DNA from: a virus | Reading direction: 5' to 3' (one strand) | DNA length: 64,000 nt | Virus record (IMG/VR): IMGVR_UViG_3300038456_000361 | Coordinates: 6,960-70,959 of that record | In this document: positions 26,128-34,593 of the stretch, one piece after another | How positions within the stretch are numbered: position 1 is the stretch's first letter | Layout of the letters: every line of letters begins with the position of its first letter | Notes under the pieces: model-generated | Databases searched by the model: none | Told to the model about the DNA's origin: nothing | The model's input: only the letters and a program-made list of their open reading frames with translations | Position numbers and translations under genes: made by a program

Positions 26128-29100
26128 CTACTTCTTACTCTTTTCGCTGCGTTGAAGCTGTTGCTGACCACCCTGGCGACCAAAGACCGCCTTGAGTTTG
26201 GGGAGGTGCATGCTCGCACCGGTACCCATGGGTTTGGGCTTGGCTCCAAAGGCGGATGCGCTGCTGACGGGCAGGCTCCCCGAGGACGGGGCTTTGATGC
26301 CCCCCACCGGGGCTGCGGGCTTGGCTGCAGGAGCTGGCGCCGGGGGCCCAGCGGGCTTCGCGACCGCGGCCGGAGCGCCTGCGGCGGCAGGCTTCGGGGC
26401 GGCGCCGGGGGTTGCCGCGGGGGCACCACCTGCGGGGGCGAACTTCCCAGCGGGCATCGCGGCTTGGAAACCCGCGGCGCGCTGTTCGTGTTCACCCGGG
26501 GTGGGCATCTTCGGAGCGGCTGCGGCAGGAGCGGCTGCCGGTGCGGCAGCATGTGCACCCTGGAGGGCTCCTGCCTTCTTGGAACCGATGTCGAAGGCCT
26601 TGCTCATGGCCATCTTGAGGCCACCGACAGCGCCTCCGCCCATCTTGGGGGTCTTCATGCCACCCGCGCTTGGCTTGCTCTGGGCAGGCGGCTTGGGGGC
26701 CACACCCGAGCCGCCGCTGGGCGGCTTCGCCATGGGGACGTCATCCTTGCGGATGGGCGCCTCAGCGACTTTGTTGCTCGGGGCCTTGCCACCTGGCTCG
26801 AGGGGGGCGGGGTGGATGTTCCCGCTGGCGTCCCCGTGGCTGACCTCCGGGGGGACCTTGTCACCAGGCAGGGTCCCGCCAGTGGGGTCCTTGGGCTTGA
26901 GGGTGTTCGTCCTGCCGGGCGTGCGCAGGCTCGCGTCCAGCTCGGCCTTGAAGTTGTTCCCCGAGGTGACGAAACTGTTCGAGCGCGGGTCGCTTGTCTT
27001 CACTGGCACAGACTGCTTCTCCCGGAGGTTGTTCGGCTGGGGCTCACCGCGGTTGAGGTTGCCCTGGGCCTGGTCGACCGCGTTGGCACCCGAGGGCATG
27101 CCGCCTTCGGCCATCATCATGCCTGGCATGCCGGAGCTGACGTTCTCGCTGCCCCCGGTCATGTTCTTCTTGGTGTCCTTGCCGTGGTTGTAGCTCGCCC
27201 ACGCGATTTTGAACGCCGAGGCGGTGCCTACCTTGGGCTTGAGCGCGCGGACCTGCTCCTCGCGGCCCGGGGGAGCGACCTTCTCGAGGCCCTCGGACTT
27301 GTAGTGACCGGCGAGCTGGCGGTGCTGATTGGAAGCCGCGTCGTGAATCTTCGCCTGCTTGATGTTCCCAGCCCTGGCGTTGATGGTCGAAGCCTCGCTG
27401 TGGGTCGCGGCGGCATCGTAGTGGGCACGAGGAGTGCCGGCGGCGTGAGCGGCCTTGGAAGAGCGCTGGGCGATAGCCGAGGCTTCCTCGGGCTCCCACT
27501 TCTCGAGAGTGCCGGTTTCGCGCTTCTGGAGCGTCACCAGGACATCAGCATAGCCGCTGATGCGTTCCGTGAGGGCCTTGGCGAGAATCAGCCGAGCCTG
27601 CTCGGGGGTGAAGTACTTCGGGTCGTTTTTGCCGTCAGCCATAGACCTTAACTCCGTGGTTTCTGGGGTGGTAGATTGTCGCTCGGACTTGGTCAGGCCC
27701 AGGCGGCGGCCGTGCTCGTTGACCAGCCCCAGGGCCGTCTCGAGGGGCACGAGGTGCTGATGGGGCTGGAATCCCTCGGCCCCGGGCTCGGTGAACTTCC
27801 CAGTCACGGCGCGGTGAGCGGCGTCGTGCATGATGGTGTTCATCTCCCGGTTGAAGTCGTTGTCGTTGACGTGTATCCCCACCTGGGCTGCCAGCTCGCG
27901 CTGCTTGTGCCCGGCAAGCCATTCCCAGTGCACGGCGCGTCGGGCCTCATTGAGGTTCCTGTGCACGCCCAGCTTACCAATGCGTCGGCCCTCGCCGTAT
28001 ATCTGGTTGATGGCTGGGTATGTGAGTGCGTGTGCGAGTTCGTGCTGGGCGCGCCAGGCGTGCGTGTACCCGGCATCCCAGCCGGTGCCCGCCTCGGGGT
28101 CGTAAATCATGAGGTGCTTGGTGTTGTAGTTCTTGTTCGCCAGGTCGGGCTTGCCGTGCCGGCCCCCGGCCAGGTACGTCTGGAACCCGTGGTCCCGGAC
28201 CTGGCGCTGCACGTCCCCGAGGCGGCCCTCGTAGTGGTAGTGGCGCAGCTCCTGGGGGTTCTCGTGGTCGATGTTCCCGTAGGGGGCGGCGAAGTGCTCG
28301 TACTCGGGGGCCTTCCCGACGCCCGGGGCCTGGTCGTTCTGGAAGGGCTTGGCGCCCTCGCCGGGGTGGGGCTCGTCCTTGCCGAGGCCGCCGTCCTCGT
28401 GGTGCCCGCGCGTGTTCGCCATGTGCGCGAAACTGCCCCTGGGGTCGGGCACGCCCATGTCCCCGGCGGAGTTGCAGCCGTCGTCTTTCCGGATGCCGGC
28501 GGCGATGCTGCCCTTGAAGGGCTGCAGCCCCAGGTCCGGCTCGGTGATGGCACCCTTGGCGAAGCTCCCCTTCTGGCTCTCCGCGGGGTCCCACATGAGG
28601 CCCTTGTCGGTGCGGCCGCCGTCGTTCTTGCGCACGAGCACCGCACCCGGGGTGGCGTGGAGGCTGTTATGCTGCGTGTGCCCATCATGCCAGGGGTACG
28701 CGTGCGGGTGTAGGCGCAGGGGCCGGCGAGAGGCCGCGTCAGCGAGGTTCTTCGTGAGGTCCGGCCGGGGCGTGGCCGGGGCCGCGAGCGCCTGGGGGTG
28801 CCGGCTGCCCACGTTCAGGGGCACCGGGTGGAGCTTGTCCATGTCGTAGTTGAGGCGGAAGGCGCTGCCGTCCTTGGCGCCGGGCACGTGCGTGTAGTAG
28901 TTCTCCGGGGCGGTCTTGAAGTGCTCCACGTGAGGCATGTGCTCCACGGGCAGGTGAGCCTTGCCAGCGTGGGCCCCATTCGTGTACAACAGCTCTGAGT
29001 GCGTGCCCGGGTGGCCCTTGTGCGAATGGCCCCAAATCGTGCTCTCTTGACCGAAGCGCCTACCCAGTTCGTACATCTGCTCCCGCGAGGGGTTGTAGAC

Positions 29101-29313
29101 CACGACCGTGCGCTCCGGTCCGTCGTAGTTGCCCGTGGTCTCGTCGTGCTTCAGGCCCAGGAGCTGCAGCTGGGCCTTGAGGCCCTCGTGCCCGAGGTGG
29201 GAAAGCTCGCCCGTGTACCGGGGCTTATCCCCGGAGATGATGCCGAAGGACGAGCCCGGGGCGAACATCGGGTGTGCTGCGAGTTCTGGGGGAATTTTAT
29301 TCGTCGTCGCCAT
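26128..29313 (-). CDS. Polyvalent protein: SAM-lyase/DUF3293-like domain, zincin (HELAH) and low-complexity C-terminus
   Basis: GNYDGPERTVVV...LGRRFGQESTIW; AQHELAH; many LxK motifs; internal start at 27642. Confidence 0.65.
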   Translation of the reverse strand: MATTNKIPPELAAHPMFAPGSSFGIISGDKPRYTGELSHLGHEGLKAQLQLLGLKHDETTGNYDGPERTVVVYNPSREQMYELGRRFGQESTIWGHSHKGHPGTHSELLYTNGAHAGKAHLPVEHMPHVEHFKTAPENYYTHVPGAKDGSAFRLNYDMDKLHPVPLNVGSRHPQALAAPATPRPDLTKNLADAASRRPLRLHPHAYPWHDGHTQHNSLHATPGAVLVRKNDGGRTDKGLMWDPAESQKGSFAKGAITEPDLGLQPFKGSIAAGIRKDDGCNSAGDMGVPDPRGSFAHMANTRGHHEDGGLGKDEPHPGEGAKPFQNDQAPGVGKAPEYEHFAAPYGNIDHENPQELRHYHYEGRLGDVQRQVRDHGFQTYLAGGRHGKPDLANKNYNTKHLMIYDPEAGTGWDAGYTHAWRAQHELAHALTYPAINQIYGEGRRIGKLGVHRNLNEARRAVHWEWLAGHKQRELAAQVGIHVNDNDFNREMNTIMHDAAHRAVTGKFTEPGAEGFQPHQHLVPLETALGLVNEHGRRLGLTKSERQSTTPETTELRSMADGKNDPKYFTPEQARLILAKALTERISGYADVLVTLQKRETGTLEKWEPEEASAIAQRSSKAAHAAGTPRAHYDAAATHSEASTINARAGNIKQAKIHDAASNQHRQLAGHYKSEGLEKVAPPGREEQVRALKPKVGTASAFKIAWASYNHGKDTKKNMTGGSENVSSGMPGMMMAEGGMPSGANAVDQAQGNLNRGEPQPNNLREKQSVPVKTSDPRSNSFVTSGNNFKAELDASLRTPGRTNTLKPKDPTGGTLPGDKVPPEVSHGDASGNIHPAPLEPGGKAPSNKVAEAPIRKDDVPMAKPPSGGSGVAPKPPAQSKPSAGGMKTPKMGGGAVGGLKMAMSKAFDIGSKKAGALQGAHAAAPAAAPAAAAPKMPTPGEHEQRAAGFQAAMPAGKFAPAGGAPAATPGAAPKPAAAGAPAAVAKPAGPPAPAPAAKPAAPVGGIKAPSSGSLPVSSASAFGAKPKPMGTGASMHLPKLKAVFGRQGGQQQLQRSEKSKK

Positions 29314-30553
29314 TGTCGTCGTCTTCGTATGGTTCCCCGTCCTCGTACGACCTGACGCCCTTGTCCGTAGCCACGGTTAGATTGCCCTCGGTACCCACCT
29401 CTGCGTCGTTCTGGGTCGCGGACGCCATCTGCCCGTTCGGGGCTGGGTCCACCGCGGGCCCCTGGGCCCCATCCGGGGGTCCGAGGTCCTCGGGCGCGCC
29501 GGTGGCGACGGCGTTGCCACGGATACCGTACAGGCGGGTCTGCGCCTCGAGGGTGGACTTGTCTCCGTCCCCAATCCAGGGGTACTCGGCCAGGCCCAGG
29601 GGGTTGTCCACGGGGTTGACGGGCGCCTGCGCGAGGGGCTCGCCATGCACGCCAAACGCGGGCTGCGCCATTACCGAGGTAATGCGTGGCACGATTTGCT
29701 TCGGCCAGTACTGGCGCACGAAGCCGGTGATGCTCACGTAGCGCGTGAACACGTTCTCCTGCGCGAAGAAGGCGTTGCGGCTCACCTCGGTGCTGCCAAT
29801 CTTGGTGCGCTCGAACCCCCGGCCCTCGAGGAGGACCTCGCGGTAGCGCAGGAGGATGAACACCAGGATGGAGTGCAGGTACGTGAGGCGCACGGGCTCG
29901 CCGTGCACGTGCACGCCGATGCTGTAGCTCTCGCGGAAGCTCGCGCTCTCCATGTGTCGGAGCATGGCCGGGCGCGCGGCACGTATGACACAGTTCCGGA
30001 AGTTCGTGTTCGAGCTGGCGGTGATGTTCAACGTGGTGGCGTTGATGACGGCCTCGACCCCGTAGGCGTTGCCGTCCGCGGTGACCACGACCATGCCCTC
30101 GGCGAGGTCCAGCTGGTTCCCGATGGCGTCGGGGAGCACGAACGTGCTCGTGGCCGCGTTCCAGGACGTGGGCGTGAAGGGGTCGCAGAGGTCCGGCCAG
30201 GGCGTGTTCGGGCCCGCGAGAAGCTCCGTGGCGTGATAGTGAATATCCCCTAACGTATTCTCGTCTGCCTCTTCACTCCCGGACAGCTCGATGCTTATGC
30301 AGGGCAGCTTGTCCCCGGAGTTCATCTGGGTCGCCATCACGACCCGGCAGTCATTCTTGAGGAACCACTCCTTGCCGTTCCGGACCTCCTTGGCGCCGTA
30401 GTACTGGGCCGTGAGGGCGTCCTTGGTCAGGGAGCTGAACACGTAATCCAGAAGGGAGGGGTTGGCGCGCAAGTCCGCCATGCCCGCTTGGATGGCAGTG
30501 CGGAGGATAACGTCGCTTTGAAAAATTCCAAGGGCATCGCCTTCGTAAGGCAT
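29297..30553 (-). CDS. Tail completion/terminator-like structural protein
   Basis: LPCISIELS.SE motif; position upstream of the sheath; leaderless late promoter at 30560. Confidence 0.55.
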   Translation of the reverse strand: MPYEGDALGIFQSDVILRTAIQAGMADLRANPSLLDYVFSSLTKDALTAQYYGAKEVRNGKEWFLKNDCRVVMATQMNSGDKLPCISIELSGSEEADENTLGDIHYHATELLAGPNTPWPDLCDPFTPTSWNAATSTFVLPDAIGNQLDLAEGMVVVTADGNAYGVEAVINATTLNITASSNTNFRNCVIRAARPAMLRHMESASFRESYSIGVHVHGEPVRLTYLHSILVFILLRYREVLLEGRGFERTKIGSTEVSRNAFFAQENVFTRYVSITGFVRQYWPKQIVPRITSVMAQPAFGVHGEPLAQAPVNPVDNPLGLAEYPWIGDGDKSTLEAQTRLYGIRGNAVATGAPEDLGPPDGAQGPAVDPAPNGQMASATQNDAEVGTEGNLTVATDKGVRSYEDGEPYEDDDNGDDE

Positions 30554-30579
30554 AGCCCCTAGATTGCCGCGTGCTGACG

Positions 30580-30927
30580 CTACTCTACGTCAACCCCGGC
30601 GGCCCTGAGGAAGCGCGCCTTCGTGGTCGAGAGCACATCCAGGAAGTCCCCGAGGAGCACGATGTCGTAGGGGTAGGTGCCGTTGAACTCGTGCGCGGTC
30701 CTCATGAGCGCGTCCACGAGGGCGTTACTCGAAGCCACGACCCACTCGGCGCGGTGTCCGGTCGCGTTCCCGGTCTCGAGCTGGGCGTGCATGGCCTCAC
30801 GGTTCTTCTTGGCGAAGCGCTGCCTGCTGTCCTCCTCGGTGACGAAGCGCCAGAGGAGGTTGCGCGCGAGGGCTGCGTCCACGACCAGGGGCGTCTGCGG
30901 CGGGTACAGGAGTTCGGGCTCGGCCAT
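30580..30927 (-). CDS. Hypothetical late protein
   Basis: CAATCTA-N6-ATG. Confidence 0.7.
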   Translation of the reverse strand: MAEPELLYPPQTPLVVDAALARNLLWRFVTEEDSRQRFAKKNREAMHAQLETGNATGHRAEWVVASSNALVDALMRTAHEFNGTYPYDIVLLGDFLDVLSTTKARFLRAAGVDVE

Positions 30928-30946
30928 GTGTCCTAGATTGGCGTGC

Positions 30947-31789
30947 TTACAGCGACTTCACGACCGCGGCGACCATCTCCGGCCCCACGATTCGTTCCCA
31001 CTGTTGGGCCGCCCAGATGGCGCCCTCCTCGAGCATGTGCTTGGGCTCGAGCCCCGGGTGTTTCCACATCCCCTTGCCCGCCTGTTTGCTGCTGGCCACG
31101 CGGAACGTGGTGATGGAGCGCTTCACGCTCTCCTTGCCCGTCTTGGGGTCCTTGACGTTCTTCTGGGAGATGCGGATACCCTGCAGGAACGGGATTCCCG
31201 TCGGGCCCTGGCGGACGTCACCGACGGCACCCCAGCCCTGGCCGGGGCCCTCGGCGGTCTTCACGGGCGCCTTGGTGATGTCGATGTTGTGGAGGTTTCC
31301 GAGCAGGGGTTTCCCGTCGGGGCCCTTCTCGATTTTGCCGAAGGGGATGCCACGCGTCTTCAGCTCGCCGCGGATGGTGTCGATGAGGGTCTTGCCGGCG
31401 GGCGTGGTGCCCGTCTTGCCCTTGCCCGGGCTGTGGTCGAAGGGGATGGTGATGTAGCGGCTGCCGTCCTTGCTCGTCTTCGCCTTGGGGCTCTTCAGGA
31501 GGTCCTCGAGCATCTCATGCTCGTCCATGCCGTCGTCAATCCAGCGGTACTTCTTGTCAAGGTTGACAATCCACACGCCCTGACCGCTCTGTTCCAGGGG
31601 GAAGACAGTGAGGTGCTCGATGAACATCTGGCGTCGCGTGTGCAACTTCGCCTGCGCCTGCTCGATGATGTGCGAGTGCGTGGCCTGGGCCAGTTTGGCG
31701 CCGGCCTTGTTCAGGCTGTCCCGGATGGCGGGCTCGAGCCCCTTCTGGATGGAGAGCAACGCGGAGATGTCGAGGTTGAGGCGAATCAC
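30947..31789 (-). CDS. Neck/tail-completion-like virion morphogenesis protein
   Basis: SRYITIPF.H, TFRVASSK, WKHPG; synteny. Confidence 0.6.
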   Translation of the reverse strand: MIRLNLDISALLSIQKGLEPAIRDSLNKAGAKLAQATHSHIIEQAQAKLHTRRQMFIEHLTVFPLEQSGQGVWIVNLDKKYRWIDDGMDEHEMLEDLLKSPKAKTSKDGSRYITIPFDHSPGKGKTGTTPAGKTLIDTIRGELKTRGIPFGKIEKGPDGKPLLGNLHNIDITKAPVKTAEGPGQGWGAVGDVRQGPTGIPFLQGIRISQKNVKDPKTGKESVKRSITTFRVASSKQAGKGMWKHPGLEPKHMLEEGAIWAAQQWERIVGPEMVAAVVKSL

Positions 31790-31790
31790 G

Positions 31791-32021
31791 TTAGTTCCCA
31801 GGGACGAACTTGATGTCGTCGGTCATGTCCCTCTTGCCAAGGAGGTCGAGCATACCTTTGGCGTCGGTGTTGGGCCCACAGTCGGCCTTCAGGTCCCCGA
31901 GCTTCCAGCGCATCTGCCCGCACCAGTCACCCGTGTCCAGGCGGCTGCCATTCAGGGCCTCGAAGAGCGCCTGGAGGTTCGCCAGCTCGTAGTCGTCGAG
32001 GGTGATGACGTGGTCGGCCAT
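31791..32021 (-). CDS. Hypothetical protein
   Basis: Packed ORF in the operon. Confidence 0.55.
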   Translation of the reverse strand: MADHVITLDDYELANLQALFEALNGSRLDTGDWCGQMRWKLGDLKADCGPNTDAKGMLDLLGKRDMTDDIKFVPGN

Positions 32022-32023
32022 GG

Positions 32024-33619
32024 TTACCTGCCCCCGGGGTTCCTGGCACTGATGGCGTGCCCGTCCTGGCTCATGACCACGCCCGAGCGAACTTCCACCC
32101 AGCCCACGGCGCCGTCGGCGTGCCGGACCTTGACCTTGCCATCCTTGGCGCTGCCCACCGGGAGATTCAGGTGATGCGTGGCTGGCCCCGGGTCGGGCAT
32201 GGGCAGCTCGGCCTTGTTGTGGGGGGCGTTGAAGGGCTCGAAGACGACCTGCTTGCCGGTCATGGAGCGGTGGACCATCTTGGCTTGTACTGGCTGCACC
32301 TCGTAGCCGAGCATCCTCAGTTTGCGCATGCCCTCACGACCAAACCACTCCTCGGCGTGCTCGGGGCGCTCGAAGGCGTACAGGCCTTGTTTGCGCTCGA
32401 CCATCTTCGAGGCGCTGTAGTCATCGCTGAAGTCACGACGCGGCAGCGGCTGATTGTCTGCTGGCACCTTCAAGTCCGTAAGGGCGTCCATGTGCTGAGC
32501 ATCCATCTTGGCCCCACCGAGGCCTCTGGAGGCGCGGCTCTCGTATGGTCCCTCGCCGTTGCTGTTCTGCACCCTGTAGACCGTCATGGGCTTGGTGGTG
32601 CTGTCGTGGATGAGCGCCATCTTCTCGAGGGGCTCGGACTTGCCCATCTCCCCATCGGGAGACCCTGCACCGCTTTCAGCCGCAGCCTCGTCGGCAGACC
32701 CACCCGCGATGGAGCCCCCCTTCTCCCCATCGGGAGAACCATCCGGAGATTCCGGAGAGTTGCCCCCGGTGAGCTGCTTGGCCATGGCGACCATGGCCTG
32801 GACCGCGCCCAGGACGGCCTTGTAGACCTCCGGGGACTGGGCCTTGGCCTCCTCGAGGAGGGGTGCGGCCGCCTTGACCTGCTTGAGGACCTTGACGACC
32901 TGCTGGCGCATGGCCTCGCGGCCGCTCTGCTGCTGTTGCACCGCGAGGGTGGCCCCGTCCTGGCTTTTCTGCTTTTGCGCGTGCGCGTGCAGGCGCTGCT
33001 CCGCGGGGCTCTCCCCGGGCAACGGGGGCGCCTGGGGGGCGTCCAGGCGCTGCGCCGCGGCGGCACCGAGCTGCTGGCGCGCCTGCATGCCCTGGCTGCC
33101 GGACGCGCTCTGGGTCTCGTGCTGGGGCTGGGCCGGGCCCGGCGCCTCGGCCTTGGTCAGGTACTCGTCGGCGATTCTGCCGATGGGGTCCTGTCGGCCC
33201 TTCGCCCGCTCCTCGGCCGCCTCCTCGAGTTCCTCGCCGACGTCCGGGGTGTAGAAGCACACGCGGTTGCCCCCGTGCATCTTCGCGTAGGCCAAGGCCT
33301 TGACGCTCTCCGAGAGTTCGAGGCCCACGCCGACGCTGCAGCTGCAGCCCGTCGCGCCCCGGTACTGGGCCTGCATGCCGGGCAGCTCCCCGAGCTTCGC
33401 CGCGGGCACCTCCAGCGTTCCCTCGTCCCCGCCGAGGCTGATGATGGTGCCCCCGCTGTTCACGGCCCACGCGCCCCAGAGTTCGTTCCCCTGCTCGATG
33501 CCCTGGCTGAGCTTCCGCAGGCCATCTGCGTCGTTGTTGAGGCTCGCACGCTCGATTTCCTTGCCGATTTTGTCCCCGTTGAAGGAGACGTAGACTGAAG
33601 TGCCCAGATAGTCTGACAT
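32024..33619 (-). CDS. Polyprotein: mCpol (Cas10/GGDEF-like palm), helical linker, ART-like domain and small beta domain
   Basis: YVSFNGDKIG...IISLGGDEG...SVGVG...ALAYAK..G.NR; VYRVQN..GEGPY...AF...EEWF...QVVF; start set by CAATCTA-N6-ATG. Confidence 0.7.
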   Translation of the reverse strand: MSDYLGTSVYVSFNGDKIGKEIERASLNNDADGLRKLSQGIEQGNELWGAWAVNSGGTIISLGGDEGTLEVPAAKLGELPGMQAQYRGATGCSCSVGVGLELSESVKALAYAKMHGGNRVCFYTPDVGEELEEAAEERAKGRQDPIGRIADEYLTKAEAPGPAQPQHETQSASGSQGMQARQQLGAAAAQRLDAPQAPPLPGESPAEQRLHAHAQKQKSQDGATLAVQQQQSGREAMRQQVVKVLKQVKAAAPLLEEAKAQSPEVYKAVLGAVQAMVAMAKQLTGGNSPESPDGSPDGEKGGSIAGGSADEAAAESGAGSPDGEMGKSEPLEKMALIHDSTTKPMTVYRVQNSNGEGPYESRASRGLGGAKMDAQHMDALTDLKVPADNQPLPRRDFSDDYSASKMVERKQGLYAFERPEHAEEWFGREGMRKLRMLGYEVQPVQAKMVHRSMTGKQVVFEPFNAPHNKAELPMPDPGPATHHLNLPVGSAKDGKVKVRHADGAVGWVEVRSGVVMSQDGHAISARNPGGR

Positions 33620-33638
33620 AAGGCCTAGATTGCCCCTC

Positions 33639-33667
33639 TTGACAGAGGCACCGCTACCCGGTAGGCT
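33639..33667 (+). promoter_or_regulatory. Sigma70-type promoter TTGACA-N17-TAGGCT
   Basis: Back-to-back with the late promoter at 33626. Confidence 0.6.
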
Positions 33668-33709
33668 TGGAACCATGACCGACCAAGACGCTTTCGAGGG
33701 GAGCCCGAC

Positions 33710-34006
33710 GTGAAGAAGACCCGGAAAGCGAACCAGACGCGGGCGTGCCGCATCTGCGGCTCCGACTTCGAGCGGGCCGCCGGGGGCTTCGACGTCATCT
33801 GCTCCTCATGCTTCTCCGAGCACGACAACCAGACCCTCGAGGACGCGATGGCGATGACGCCCGCCGGGGACGATGGTGAGGGGGGTGCGACAACATCCCA
33901 CACGGAGGGCTGCCGGCGCCTCCTGGACGAGGACCTCGAGTGCAGCTGCGGCGCCTCCGACATGGACGCTCGGGCCCTGGACTTCAACGAGGCCGAGAAC
34001 TTCTGA
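33710..34006 (+). CDS. Zinc-finger hypothetical protein
   Basis: CRICG...CSSC. Confidence 0.55.
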   Translation: MKKTRKANQTRACRICGSDFERAAGGFDVICSSCFSEHDNQTLEDAMAMTPAGDDGEGGATTSHTEGCRRLLDEDLECSCGASDMDARALDFNEAENF

Positions 34007-34043
34007 TGGGGCTGCTGTGGTATAGTCAAACTGGAGGCTTGCG

Positions 34044-34340
34044 ATGAAGGCCGTGCTCGTATTCCTGCTGACCCTGCTGTCGTGCCTGAGTGGGTGCCGC
34101 GCGGACGCGACCCCTCGCCGAGGGCTTGTGCGCCCAATGACCGGCTTCACGGTCAAGCGCCGGCCCCCGATTATCGCCCCTCGTCGGAGACCCCCGCCGC
34201 CGCAGCCGCCGCGGGAATCCCCACAGGAGCTGCAGCAGGGCTACCAGCAGGAGCTGCAGCAAATCCAACAGGTGGTACTGGAGCAGGTGCAGGGCGAGTT
34301 GCAGCAGGCGATGGAGATGCAGTCGCAATTCAACAGGTAG
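34044..34340 (+). CDS. Pro/Gln-rich lipoprotein
   Basis: LSGC lipobox; TGTGGTATAGT at 34016; GGAGG SD. Confidence 0.6.
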   Translation: MKAVLVFLLTLLSCLSGCRADATPRRGLVRPMTGFTVKRRPPIIAPRRRPPPPQPPRESPQELQQGYQQELQQIQQVVLEQVQGELQQAMEMQSQFNR

Positions 34341-34365
34341 GACCCCCCACAGAGGAGATGACCAC

Positions 34366-34593
34366 ATGCATGAATCCACGATGAAGTACCTGAAGCCCAG
34401 CGAGGAACAACTGGCGACCATGGACACGGTCCGCGCGGTTTTCGCGGATACCCTGACCCTCGTCGACAACCTCCTGCCCCCGGGCCGGTACAAGAGCCTC
34501 GCCATCACCGCCATCGAGGAGGCCGCCATGTGGGCGAACAAGGCCATCACGCGCGAGAGCGACGGCACCCCGCGGGAAGGGGCGACGACGTGA
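34366..34593 (+). CDS. Acb2/Tad1-like helical hairpin protein (putative nucleotide-signal sponge)
   Basis: PPGRYKSLAITAIEEAAMWANKAI matches the R-x-x-SLA-x-T-x-x-EEA-x-MW family pattern. Confidence 0.65.
   Translation: MHESTMKYLKPSEEQLATMDTVRAVFADTLTLVDNLLPPGRYKSLAITAIEEAAMWANKAITRESDGTPREGATT

Noticed and set aside
26290-26560. Repetitive GC-rich tract (also 10800-10850, 11160-11225)
   Set aside because: Explained by Ala/Pro and poly-Gly low-complexity protein sequence.
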